DNA from: Mobula hypostoma
Taxonomy: Eukaryota
Length of the DNA: 64,000 bases
Reading direction: 5' to 3'
Assembly (NCBI RefSeq): GCF_963921235.1
Contig: NC_086097.1
Coordinates: forward strand, 100,256,001 to 100,320,000
Both the position numbers and the translations under genes were made by a program. Below, one piece after another: positions 26,203-38,792 of this stretch. Within the stretch, counting starts at the first letter, position 1. Each line of letters starts with the position of its first letter. The notes beneath the pieces were generated by a model. That model did not search any database. It had not been told where the DNA came from and saw only the letters and a program-made list of their open reading frames with translations.

Positions 26203-27135
26203 AAGGCTTCCTGAGTACTCCAGGAGCAGACACAGACACAGAGGCTTCCTGAGTACACCAGGGGCAGACACAGACACAGAGGCTTCCTGAGTACACCAGG
26301 ACCAGACACAGACACAGAGGCTTCCTGAGTACACCAGGGGCAGACACAGAGGCTTCCTGAGTACACCAGGGGCAGACACAGAGGCTTCCTGAGTACACCA
26401 GGGGCAGACACAGACACAGAGGCTTCCTGAGTACACCAGGGGCAGACACAGACACAGAGGCTTCCTGAGTACACCAGGACCAGACACAGACACAGAGGCT
26501 TCCTGAGTACTCCAGGAGCAGACACAGACACAGAGGCTTCCTGAGTACACCAGGGGCAGACACAGACACAGAGGCTTCCTGAGTACACCAGGGGCAGACA
26601 CAGACACAGAGGCTTCCTGAGTACACCAGGGGCAGACACAGAGGCTTCCTGAGTACACCAGGGGCAGACACAGAGGCTTCCTGAGTACACCAGGGGCAGA
26701 CACAGAGGCTTCCTGAGTACTCCAGGAGCAGACACAGACACAGAGGCTTCCTGAGTACACCAGGACCAGACACAGACACAGAGGCTTCCTGAGTACACCA
26801 GGGGCAGACACAGACACAGAGGCTTCCTGAGTACTCCAGGAGCAGACACAGACACAGAGGCTTCCTGAGTACACCAGGACCAGACACAGACACAGAGGCT
26901 TCCTGAGTACACCAGGGGCAGACACAGACACAGAGGCTTCCTGAGTACACCAGGGGCAGACACAGAGGCTTCCTGAGTACTCCAGGAGCAGACACAGACA
27001 CAGAGGCTTCCTGAGTACACCAGGGGCAGACACAGAGGCTTCCTGAGTACACCAGGGGCAGACACAGAGGCTTCCTGAGTACTCCAGGAGCAGACACAGA
27101 CACAGAGGCCTCTGAGTACACCAGGGGCAGACACA
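26203..27135 (+). repeat. 38/32-bp minisatellite, about 26 units
   Basis: Unit gaggcttcctgagtacaccaggggcagacaca(gacaca), with variants tccaggag and ccaggacc. Confidence 0.97.
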
Positions 27136-28070
27136 ACCTTGGGGTCAGCCAGACCCCACTACTTCAGAGGCAAACACCCACCCACAGAGGGCTGACACAC
27201 CCTCCCCTGGAGTCGGACACTCAGTCCCGGGAAAATCACCCCGGAGCAGATAGATACCCTCTGCTGGTTCAGACACTCTTCCCAGAGCAGACACCCACCA
27301 CCAAGGCAGATAGATACTTCCCCTGGGCCAGATAGCCTCCCCATTCACAGATCCAGCCCCTTCTCTCAGCAGTGATTGACTGTGCTGGGGCCCGGTCCCA
27401 AAGCTTGGGAAGGGCCTGGTGCGGGACTGCTGAGTGAAGTGTGCATTGTGGCATCACTGCAGAGAGGGGAGATTAGAACATGGTAGCTGAGCTGGTGTGG
27501 GCATTTGGAGCCACAGGTTTACACAGCTGCAGAGTTGGTGATGTTGCTGCCTGCCCAGTGACCGACTAGACCTATCTCTGTACGTGGTTTGATGAGTCTG
27601 CGGTACATCACACTGCACTTTATCAAAGGTCTCGGTTGGCTTTACTAGCATATCATTTCCAAAATAAACATTAATGCTGCTATTCCTATGATTGCTGCTC
27701 ACAGACTCTGTAACTAAGGAGCCGGTTTGTCAATATAGAGCCTCAAACCATACTAAAAGCATAATTTAAGATGTTTTGTTTTTCTAAATTCTGTGACAAG
27801 TTTCCATTTGTATGTTTTTTTGTATGTTAACTATTTTTGTATAGCTTCACATTTGTAACCAACATATCCAATGGAATAAAAAGCGATGGAGTTGGTGACA
27901 TTGGACTTTGCATACTTGTAGTGTGCCTGTTGTTAGCCCAGGGGGCGCCATTTCAACATTTGTCTTCTGTTCCAGTAATCCCAGAAGCTAATTTAAAAAT
28001 TAACTTCATGCACCTCTTTCTTTTAACAGCATTGAGTCCATGATTTATAAATGATCAATTGTAATACAAA

Positions 28071-28320
28071 CAACAGGAATTCTGCAGATGCTGGAAATTC
28101 AAGCAACATACATCAAAGTTGCTGGTGAACGCAGCAGGCCAGGCAGCATCTATAGGAAGAGGTGCAGTCGACGTTTCAGGCCGAGACCCTTCGTCAAATC
28201 CCTTACTCACTCTTCCTTCAGTTAGTCCTGACGAAGGGTCTCGGCCTGAAACGTCGACTGCACCTCTTCCTATAGATGCTGCCTGGCCTGCTGCGTTCAC
28301 CAGCAACTTTGATGTATGGT
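28071..28320 (+). mobile_element. Young palindromic Penelope-derived retroposon with 14-bp TSD
   Basis: Near-perfect inverted arms; TSD aattgtaatacaaa at 28057-28070 and 28321-28334. Confidence 0.9.
28223..28260 (+). ncRNA. Minimal type I hammerhead ribozyme motif; predicted cleavage after 28255
   Basis: UAGUC-CUGACGA-A-GGGU(CUCG)GCCU-GAAA-CG-UC^GACUG: full catalytic core, stem I UAGUC/GACUG, 4-bp stem II, palindromic ACGU helix III. Confidence 0.8.
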
Positions 28321-30000
28321 AATTGTAATACAAATTGTGTTAAAACTGTAGAATACACAAGCTGCATTCACAGGAAAACATTAACATTTTTTACAAGGAC
28401 AAACACAATTATAAGAAATAAACAAAGTCCATTTTAATTCAGAGTAATCAAAGTAGTTATGATTAGAGATATGCAGTTGGTTCAAGAACTTGAATGGTTG
28501 ATGGGAAGTAGCTATTTTATGAACTGAAAACTGCCTGTCTCTGATAAAACCTTAAACTTCTGCCATTTCCGCAGGCTGAGAATGCCTAGCTTCCTTTCGA
28601 GGCCAATGGGTCCTAAGGCTGCAGGGGCAAAAATCTGGAGTGACAGAAAATCTGCTGGAAGAACTCAATGTGCTGAGCCGCATCTGTAAGGGGAAAGGAG
28701 TTGTTGATATTTTTGGGTCAAAACTCTGCCATCTCCCAGCTCAAGAGACCCAGGTCCAATCCTGGAGTTTCCATGCTCTCCCTGTGCCCAAATGAACTTC
28801 CTCCAGGTGCTCCGGGTTCCTCCTGTATCCCAGGATGTGTAGGTCAGTTGGTTACTGTGAATTACCCCTGGTGTAGGTGGGTGTCAGGAGAACTGGGGTT
28901 GATCGGAATGTGTGAGGTAAAAGGTGTGGAAGGGATATAACTGGGAATGGGACCAATGAGTTAGCTCACTAGTTGTCACTCACTATACTCCAAAATCTGA
29001 CGCCAACCTCTGGGGAGCTCATATTGTACAGTGTAGACAAGGATACTCGGCTTTAATACCATATCTTTTATCACAGGAGTCGTAGAGGTGTGCAGCCTAA
29101 AATCAGCTCACCGTCTCCATAACAACCTTTTTGCTCATTATCCTGCGGTAGGACCATAGCTTATTCCTTGCCTATTTTAGTATCTGTTTAAATACAGTGG
29201 TTGTATCTGACTTCACCACTTCCTGTGTTAGCACATTTACAGCTATCAGCCACTCCCTGTGTGCGTAAAAAAATAACTTGCCATCAGATATTCCTTTGTA
29301 ATTGAGAATGTAAGATGTCTTAGTGCAGATATATCAGGCCCTGGTGAGACTGAACCCAGAGTAATGCCTACTTCATATCACCTTATACCATTTGGGTGTC
29401 AAACTATATGCAGCCTCCTCACAATTTTCCCGAGCTCCCATTTACGATACCCTAAAATTTCACTCCAGGACTGTCACACTGTCCCCATGTACTGAACTTG
29501 AGGGTAACTGGAATCTGGTACAACCCTCTGCTAATCCCTGGTCCCTTGCATTGTCCTCTGCTGTTCTGTAGCATATCTTAGAGCCCTACAACTATCCTGG
29601 GGTCTATTGTTAGTCAGGTCCCACACCATATTCTGGGATTTCACAAGTGGACTTCAATAGCCTGCCAGTGGTCGGGTGGTCTGGAAGGTTAGATCACATG
29701 AGATCCAGGGTGATCTAGCATATTGGATGCAGAATTGGCTTGGTAGTAAGAACCAGGGGGTGACAGGGAAGTGTTATTTATCAGATTGGAGGCCTGTGAT
29801 CAGTTGTGTGCTGGGTCCATTGTTGTTTGTCATCTGCGTTAATGATTTAGATGAGAATGTAGCTGGCACGGTTAGTAAGTTTGGGATGGCACTGTAACTG
29901 GTGGTACCGTGGACAGTGAAGAAAGTTATCTTAGATTACAACGGGATCTTGATTAACTGGCCGAATGGGCTGAGGAATGACAGATGGAATTTAATTCAGA

Positions 30001-30222
30001 CAACGCACACAAAATGCTGGAGGAACTCAGCTGGCCAGGCAGCATCGATGGAAAAGAGTAAACAGTCGACATTTCAGGCCGAGACCCTTCATCAGGACTG
30101 ATCTTGGCCCAAAACGACAACTGTTTACTCTTTTCCATAGATGCTGCCTGGCCAGCTGAGTTCCTCCAGCATTTTGTGTGTGCTGCTTTGGATTTCCAGC
30201 GTCTGCAGAGTTTCTGGTGTTT
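30001..30222. mobile_element. Palindromic Penelope-derived element, older subfamily
   Basis: Inverted arms cacacaaaatgctggaggaactcagc...ggaaaagagtaaacag / ctgtttactcttttcc...gagttcctccagcattttgtgtg; degenerate TSD (ttaattcagacaa / tttactcggacaa). Confidence 0.85.
30063..30100 (-). ncRNA. Minimal type I hammerhead ribozyme motif
   Basis: Minus strand reads CAGUC-CUGAUGA-AGGGUCUCGGCCU-GAAA-UG-UC^GACUG, with a perfect 5-bp stem I. Confidence 0.72.
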
Positions 30223-30807
30223 TTTACTCGGACAAGTTGGGATGCCTACTCAGTTAGGTGTTTAATTGCTAGTCCATTGCAGCACAACATTGTAGGCTGA
30301 AGGGTCTATTTCTCTGCTGTCCTGTTCTATGATCCATGTTCTAAATACAAGGTATTTCATTTTGATAAGTTGAATCAGGGCAGGACTTGCACAGTGAATG
30401 GCAGGGCCTTGGGGAATGTTATAGAAAAGAGAAGCCTAGGGATCGAGCCATACGGTTCCCTGAAGTGGGATGCAGAGAGAAAGAGTGGTGAGTAAGGCAT
30501 TCAGCATGTTTGCCTTTATCAGTCAAGGCAATGAGTGCAGGACTCGGGAGCAGTTGTTACTGAGGTCACACTTGGAGTGGTGTGTAGTTCTGGTCGCCCA
30601 GCTATAGAAAGGATGTGATTAAGCTAGAGAGAGTGCAGAAAAGATTCACAAAGACGTTACTGGAACTGGAGGGCTTGAGTTATAAGGAGAAGCTAGATAG
30701 GCAGGACTGTTTCCTGGAGTGTTGGAGGCTGAGCAGTTCCTTACAGGTGTTTATAAAATCATAAGAGGCATGGCTAAGTTAAATAATCACTGTCTTTTTC
30801 CTAGTAC

Positions 30808-31190
30808 ATCATCACCATCATTCTGTGCCGTGTTGTAGGACGTGGTGATCTTAGTCTCCATGATCATCATTCTTTTGGGCAAATTCTTCTACAGAAGTGG
30901 TTTGCCATTGCCTTCTTCTGGGCAGTGTCTTTACAAAATGGGTGACCCCAGCCATTATCAATACATTTCAGAGACTGTCTACCTGGCCTCAGTGGTCACG
31001 TAACCAGGACTTGTGATGTGACCCAGATGCTCATACGACCATCCACCACCTGTTCCCATGGCTTCACGTGACCCTGATCGGGGGTGGGGGCACTAAGCAG
31101 ATGCTACACCTTGCCGAAGGGTGACCTGCAGGCTGGCAGAGGGAAGGAGTGCTTCCACCTCCTTTGGTAGAGACGTATCTCCACCCTGCC
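30808..31190 (-). mobile_element. Short interspersed repeat with (GAT)n tail, possibly RTE-associated; partial second copy at about 63270-63372
   Basis: Shared catcatcat...tgtgccgtg...tctacagaagtggtttgccattgcc segment; both copies interrupt CR1 remnants. Confidence 0.5.
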
Positions 31191-31711
31191 AGAGGTGTCT
31201 AAAACTAGAGGGTATAGAAGAGAGGGGAAAACATTTAAAAGAGAGTTGGGGGCACATTTTTCACACATATGCCTAGGTATATGGAACACACAGACAGAGG
31301 AGGTGATAGCGTGTTTCAAAGCCATTTAAACAAGTACGTGCATGGGAAGCCTTTAGGATGATATAGGCCAGTGGGACTAGTTCAGGTAGGCAGCTGGGTT
31401 GGTAAGAACAAATTGGGGTGAAAGGCCAGTTCCTGCAACGTAAAACACGATGACTCTATGACTAATATCTGGGAGCTTCCTGCCTTGCCGCACGAAGGGA
31501 GGACCTCCCATAAAGGCAGCTGGCCATCACCTTCTCTGGTGCAATAACGGATGGACAAGCTAGAGAAACTGATGACATTGCCAGCAATACCCCCATCAAG
31601 AAACATGTACCCTTGTCACTAACAGTACACCTCTAGTACACCACTGTACCGGGAGACATTCTTCAATGAGACATGCTGTGATTCTGTGCCCCAGCCCCAT
31701 ATCAAGTAGTA

Positions 31712-32326
31712 AATTTCGTTTATTGTCATTTAGAAATGCATGCATTAAAAAATGATACAACGTTCCTCCAGAATGATATCACAAGTAAACACAGGACAAA
31801 CCAAGACTACCTAAAGCTGACAAAACCACATAATTATAACATATAGTTACGACAGTGCAAAGCAATACCGTAATTTGATAAAGAGCAGACTATGGGCACG
31901 GTAAAAAAAGTCTCAAATCCCGATAGCCCCATCATCTCACGCAGACGGCAGAAGGGAAGAACTCTCCCCACTATGAACCTCTAAGCGCTGCCAACTTGCC
32001 GATGTATTGGAAGCACCTGACCGCAGCGGACTCTGAGTCCGTCCAAAAACTTCGAGCTTCCGACCAGCCCTTCGACACAGCCTCTCTGAGCGCCATCCTC
32101 TGCCGAGCGCTTCGACCCCGCCCTGGCCACCGAGCAACAAGCAAAGCCGAGGACTTGGGCCTTCTCTGGGGATTCTGGACCACACAGTAGCAGCAGCAGC
32201 GAAGCAGGCATTTCAGAAGTTTCTCCAGATGTTCCTCCATGCTCACATGTCCATCTCCATCAAATCAGGATTGTGCATGGCACCCACCGGAATGGCCACT
32301 GCAAGCTGCGTTGCGCCGCCATCTTT
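31712..32326 (-). mobile_element. Non-coding interspersed element: CpG-rich 5' part starting AAGATGGCG, AATAAA near the 3' end
   Basis: gcgccgccatcttt at about 32313-32326 and tttatt near 31718 on +. CpG-rich, so probably young. No TE protein motif. Confidence 0.5.
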
Positions 32327-33374
32327 CTTCAAGGCATCAAAGGGATGCCTTTGGAACTGTGTGTTTTTTTGGGCTCAAATCTTGAGTGATAGATCTGCTG
32401 AGCTATGGATTTGAAGATCGAGGTATTGATCACCCAAGCTGTAGGGGGTAAGAACATGTATCAAAAGCTGTCAAGTTCTGGGGCAGGAGCCTAACCTCAG
32501 GTGCAAGATTCACTGCTTACTGAAGTGCCACTGAGAGAAAGAACGAAAGGCTAAGGGGTTAATCCTATTGGCTGGAATTGAGTTATCGTAAAATTGTTGA
32601 AGGGAGTTGTGCTTGTTTCGGCCCATAAGCCCACTGCCAGCTCTTCATCCAATGGTCTTGATCATATCAACAGTTCACCAGCCTTTCAGACATTGGTGCC
32701 ATTTCTCCATTGGTTGATATTTTGGCCACTTACTTTAAAATCTTCCTCATTACTGACTTTTTCCATCAAGGAGCCCAGATCCTTATAATCCACTACTCTG
32801 AGCTCTTTGTAACTTGATGCATCATAATAAAGTCACGATTTCTCAGGGAACCGTGCATCCTTACTGCAGCCAACACCAGCCTTGTGTTCCTCCTGCTACT
32901 TGCCCAGAACAGTGCACTGTAGTTTACCAGCATAGTCGTTTTTTTACCCCCATTTTCTTGGCTATTAAATATCTTGCACTTTGTGCCTTAGTTAACAAAG
33001 TCGAACTTCCCAAAAAAAACTTGCCTACCAGCCCTGCAGCTTGTAGGTTTCTGCAGCGAACCCCAAGGCCCCTCTGTTTTTCAATACATCTAATTTATTT
33101 ACAATTCTCTTGCCTTGTTTGCCCCACTAACTGGACCTCATCACACTCTGCAGTCTACATGCTCACCGGCAACCACATGGTCATATTTTGTCTCGCTTGT
33201 AAACTTACTAATCATGACCTGTTCACAGCAAGGTTGTGCACTGCCCGTTGCTATCAACTTCCATCAACGCTAACCCTTGCTTTTGACCACAGATCCGAAT
33301 TGGCATTCTATGGTTTTGTCTTTACTTGCTCATGGGTACATGTGACATTCTCAAACATTTTCTGAAAACTTTAG

Positions 33375-34880
33375 CAGTCATTTTGAGAGAACTAGAATAT
33401 AAATGCAAGAAAGTAATGCCGAGGCTCTATAAGGCACTGGTCCGACCACACTTGGTGTATTGTGAGCAGTTTTAGTCCCCTTATTGAAGAATAGATGTGC
33501 TGGCACTGGAGGGAGTCCACAGGAGGTTCACGAGAATGAGCCTGGAAATGAAAGGGTTAAAATATGAGGAGCATTTGATGGCTCTGGGCTCTGGCCCCTT
33601 CCAATCAAGATGGCACCTGCACACAATGCTCCTTCGGTCAACAACTTCTGGATAGATCATGAAACAATATATTTCACTTCCTCTATGTCTTTTACATTTG
33701 ATTTTCATTTTACATTTGTAAATGTGTTTCTGGAACTGTTAGGGTTTGTGATTTGCAGTTTGGGTATTTCAGTGCTCTGCACTCTCAGAGAGGATTCTGT
33801 AAGGCAGAGGCAGCATGCAGGAACCTCGTGGCGAGAAGGATGCGGGACAGGGTGTGGGCCGACGTTTGACTCCATTTTGCCAATTAAAGCTTCCATTGTT
33901 CATCAATTAAAGCGAGGAGGGAGATTGAAATATCGAGGTGAACACGGAAGGTGAGCACTGGTTGACTGCCTTTTGATCGCTGGTGGGATCACTCTGTTAT
34001 GAAGAGAGAGACTGCCTTTAGACCACTGGTGAGATTGCTCTGCTGTGGGAGGGGAGACTGCCTTTAGATCACTGGTGAGATTGCTCTGCTGTGGGAGGAG
34101 AGACTGCCTTTAGATCACTGGTGAGATTGCTCTGCTGTGGGAGGGGAGACTGCCTTTAGATCACTAGAGAATCACTCTGCTATTGGAGAGGGAAAAGCCT
34201 GCTTCTGTACCCAGAGAATGTTACCCAGGGTTTTCTGTGTTCTGGATATGGACCTGGACTAAAGACATTTTTTCGGTCTTATAGTTCTTTATATTCTGTG
34301 TTATCACCTGATCCTTCTCATTTTTTTCTGTGTGGGGGAGAGGGTGTTAGGGTTTGATGTGCCTGTTCCATTTTTGTGAGGGAAGGAGGGATTTGAGGGC
34401 TATGATTGTTCTGCCATTCTTTTCTTTCTTGGTTCTGTGGCTATCTAGAGAAGAAGAATTTCAGAGTTGTATACCTTGATAATAAATAAATGAACCTTTA
34501 AACCTTTGTATTTGTTGGAGTTTAGAAGAATGAAGGAGGATCTCATAGAAATCTACCAAATATTGAAAGATCTTGATTGAGTGGACTTGAGAGGATGTTT
34601 CCTACAGTGGGGGAGTCTAGGACCAGAAGATATAACCTCAGAAAGATGAGGAGGAATTTCTTTAGCCACAGAGTGGTGAATCTGTGGAATTCATTGCCAT
34701 AGACAGTTGTGGAGGCCAAGTCATTAGGTATATTTAAAGCAGAGTTTGATAGGTTCTTGTTTGCTAAGGGCATCAAAGGTTATGAGAAGAAGGTAGGAGA
34801 ATGGGGTTGAGGGGGAAAATAAATCAGCCATGATGGAATGTCAGAGCAGACTCGATGGGCTGAATGGTTTAATTATGTTC
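33375..34880 (+). mobile_element. CR1 3' end interrupted by a ~920-bp non-coding element (about 33590-34508) that contains a 46-bp tandem x4 (about 34005-34190)
   Basis: CR1 sequence gatggctctgggc|tgta...ggagtttagaag is split. The insert starts near caagatggc and ends aataaataaatgaacctttaaaccttt. Confidence 0.8.
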
Positions 34881-36269
34881 CTATGTCTGTCTTATTGTCT
34901 AAAATCAGTGTGAACTGCATTGTAATCCCAGTTGAGGGGAAAGCTAGAGGCAATATAGAGTTACAGTCAGAGAGGAAGTGCAGATCGGTGCAAGGCCATA
35001 ATGAGGTAGATTAAAAGATAAACTATATCGCTACAACAGGGGGATAGAAGCTGTCCTTAAACTTGGAGGTCCCGAGGGAAGGGGTAGAAGGGGGGATGAC
35101 TGGGTTGAGAGGCGTATTTGAGAGAGGGCTGCTTTCCCGGGGCAGTGAAGAGCGTAGGTGGAGAACTCAGAAAACTTAAAGAGAATACACAAGTGTGTTG
35201 CAGAACAAGTGTGTGTGTGGTGGGGGGAAGGGGAGGGGGAACACAAGGGGATATCTGTGACAGGCTGGAGATGGAATAATGTTATAGGTTACATTAATGT
35301 TACTCAGATCATTGCCTTAATCCCCATTACAGTACTTGTTTTGCTCTATGACCATGAAAAAGGATTATTGAGAGTTGTGATCTCTGATCAGTGGTGTTTA
35401 TTAGAAAGCAGACAATAAGGGCGGAAACAATGGGGTCTTTTAAGAGACTCCTGGATGGGTTCATGGAGTTTAGAAAAATAGAAGGCTATGGGTAAAGCCT
35501 AGGTAATTTCTAAGGTAAGGAGTTTCTATGAGTGTGAGTCGTGAAAGTGGAGGAGGCAGACGATAAGGGTTGAGAGTGTGGGCCGTGGAAGTGGAGGAGA
35601 GTGGCTGTGAATGAAGACCAAGTTAGTGGTAGGGCTGTTAATTCTGGAGGTGGTTCATTTGTTGAGTTAGAGGGAAAGGGTTAAGTTCTGGCAGGGATGC
35701 ATTTTCTTTTGTATTTTGTAGTTGATGCAAAGATGTAAATGTCTGAATACATGTACCAGCAGGCTCGAACAGCTTCTATCGTGCTCTTATCAAGCTATTG
35801 AACAGACCCCTATTACAAGAGGGTGAACTTCTGACCTCACAATCTACCTCATCATGGCCTTCAACTTATTGTCTGCCTGCATTGCATTTTCTGAGTATTC
35901 ATTCTGCATTCTGTTATTGTGTTCCCTGAATATACAGTTGTATAAAATATCTGTATTGATGGCATGCAAAACAAGCCTTTCCACAGTAATTCAGTACATA
36001 CGGTCATAATAAACCTGTCGGATCATTTGAAAACTTTTAGCTTGTATTTATTAGTGTATGAAACACAGCTCTACTTGCTTTATATTTATGACTGTGAGGC
36101 TAGGCTAAGCTCAGCTCCAATGCCATGTTCAAGTTTGCAGGCACCACCACTGCTGTAGGTCAAATCAAAAGTGGTGATGAATCAGCACATAGGAAGGAGA
36201 TCACTCAATGTCAGCAAGATCAAGGAGCCGATGATTGACTTCAGGGGGAGGAAACCACAGACCCATGAA

Positions 36270-37682
36270 CAAGTGAATGTTGCCCCCTTGTTCAAAAAAG
36301 GTAGTAGGGATAGTCCGGGTAATTATAGACCAGTGAGCCTTACGTCTGTGGTGGGAAAGCTGTTGGAAAAGATTCTTAGAGATAGGATCTATAGGCATTT
36401 AGAGAATCATGGTCTGATCAGGGACAGTCAGCATGGCTTTGTGAAGGGCAGATCGTGTCTAACAAGCCTGATAGAGTTCTTTGAGGAGGTGACTAGGCAT
36501 ATAGATGAGGGTAGTGCCGTGGATGTGATCGATATGGATTTTAGTAAGGCATTTGACAAGGTTCCACACGGTAGGCTTATTCAGAAAGTCAGAAGGCATG
36601 GGATCCAGGGAAGTTTGGCCAGGTGGATTCAGAATTGGCTTGCCTGCAGAAGGCAGAGGGTCGTGGTGGAGGGAGTACATTCGGACTGGAGGGTTGTGAC
36701 TAGTGGTGTCCCACAAGGATCTGTTCTGGGACCTCTACTTTTCGTGATTTTTACTAACGACCTGGATGTGGGGGTAGAAGGGTGGGTTGGCAAGTTTGCA
36801 GACGACACAAAGGTTGGTGGTGTAGATAGTGTAGAGGATTGTCAAAGATTGCAGAGAGACATTGATAGGATGCAGAAGTGGGCTGAGAAGTGGCAGATCG
36901 AGTTCAACCCGGAGAAGTGTGAGGTGGTACACTTTGGAAGGACAAACTCCAAGGCAGAGTACAAAGTAAATGGCAGGATACTTGGTAGTGTGGAGGAGCA
37001 GAGGGATCTGGGGGTACATGTTCACAGATCCCTGAAAGTTGCCTCACAGGTAGATAGGGTAGTTAAGAAAACTATGGGGTGTTAGCTTTCATAAGTCGAG
37101 GGATAGAGTTTAAGAGTCGCGATGTAATGATGCACCTGTATAAAACTCTGGTTAGGCTACACTTGGAGTTCTGTGTCCAGTTCTGGTCGCCTCAGTATAG
37201 GAAGGATATGGAAGCATTGGAAAGGGTACAGAGGAGATTTACCAGGATGCTGCCTGGTTTAGAGAGTATGCATTATGATCAAAGATTAAGGGAGCTAGGG
37301 CTTTACTCTTTGGAGAGAAGGAGGATGAGAGGAGACATGATAGAGGTGTACAAGATAATAAGAGGAATAGATAGAGTGGATAGCCAGCGCCTCTTCCCCA
37401 GGGCACCACTGATCAATACAAGAGGACATGGCTTTAAGGTAAGGGGTGGGAAGTTCAAGGGGGATATTGGAGGAAGGTTTTTTACTCAGAGAGTGGTTGG
37501 TGCGTGGAATGCACTGCCTGAGTCAGTGGTGGAGGCAGATACACTAGTGAAGTTTAAGAGATTACTAGATGGGTACATAGAGGAATTTAAGGTGGGGGGT
37601 TATATGGGAGGCAGGGTTTGAGGGTCAGCATAACATTGTGGGCTGAAGGGCCTGTAATGTGTTATAATATTCTATGTTCTAT
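36270..37682 (+). mobile_element. 5'-truncated CR1 (second family) RT nested in a Rex1-like remnant (about 36090-36270 and 37683-38030)
   Basis: ORFs 36171-37085 and 37079-37621 (one frameshift): MDFSKAFDKV, SGVPQGSVLGP, KFADD; tail tattctatgttctat. Flanks translate KIKEPMIDFR and FKFLGV...QRLYFLR. Confidence 0.92.
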
Positions 37683-38792
37683 ATTAATCAGAGGAGGAGA
37701 GGGTCGGCAACTTTAAATTCCTCGGTGTTCTCATTTCAGAGGACCTCTCTGGGGCACAGCACATAAGTACAATTATGAAGAAAGCACAGCAGCGCCTCTA
37801 CTTCCTGAGGAGTCTGTGAAAATTCAGCATGACATCTAAAACCTTGACAGACTTCTATAGATGGGTGGTGGAGATTATATTGACTGGCTGCATCGCAGCC
37901 TGATATGGAAACACCCATGCCCTTGAGCGGGAAATCCTACAAAGAGTAGTGGATTGTCTCAGTCCATCGCTGGTAAAACCCCCCTCACCACTGAGCACAT
38001 CCACATGGAGTGTTGTCACAGGGAAGTGCACGGTTGTCAGGATCAAGTGCCCAGTGCCCAGGAGCCAGTGCACATCACTCAGGATTGAATTCCTGATGCC
38101 CAATGCCCAGTGTTCAGTACTCAGTTCCCCGGGACACATTGCTTTAAACCTTTTATTTTCACCCTCTCTAACTTCTCTCTGTCGCTTTATGTCGAAACTA
38201 GTATTTTTAAAATCTTATCTTCAAACAGGAACTGGTTACCACGATACTGTGCTGATCTCTTTCCTGTGTGCACTTCACTAGAACTGAAACATTCACTATA
38301 TGTGTGAATCAGTATCAATGGCAGGATGTTGAGGTCATGGGTTCTGTTTTTTTACATTTTCTGAATAGAGCAAAAAGCCCAAGAAGCAGGAGGTAGAAGA
38401 AGCCATTCAGCATCCTGAGCCTGTCCCACAAGCCATTGGGATTATAGTGGATTTTTGATCTCAGTACCATTGGCTCTTCTTTCCTCATCCCCACATGCCC
38501 TGAATATCCAGAAGCCTGTTGATCTCTGTTTTGAATAGACCCAGTGGCAAAGTTCCACATCTCAAAGATTCACCATCACCAGAGGAGAGAAAGTCTTCAC
38601 CACCTCAGACCTGAATGGAGACCCCTTATTCAGAGACTGTGACCTGGATTCTAGGCATCCCAGCCAGGGAAACGCCCTTACTGTCCATCCACCTTGTTGA
38701 ATGTTGTAGGAAATTTGTAAGTTTCAACGAGAACTGTTCTCATTCTTCTAAACTGTGGAGAACTCAAGCCTAGTCTACTCAATCTCCTCATT

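Larger units (their letters stand above)
29670..31450 (+). mobile_element. Degraded CR1 RT and 3' end hosting two younger insertions (30001-30222 and about 30808-31190)
   Basis: WKVRSHEIQGDLAYWMQNWL...VLGPLLFVICVNDLDE, then eroded CR1 3' sequence. Confidence 0.75.

Noticed and set aside
26108..27136. Three ~300-aa Cys-rich ORFs; also a superficially CRISPR-like regular repeat
   Set aside because: Head-to-tail 38/32-bp tandem repeat with no unique spacers; eukaryotic context and no cas genes.
28165..28200. Second (minus-strand) hammerhead in the 28071 element
   Set aside because: The inversion junction removes C3 and the 5' strand of stem I (reads AUUUGACGA).
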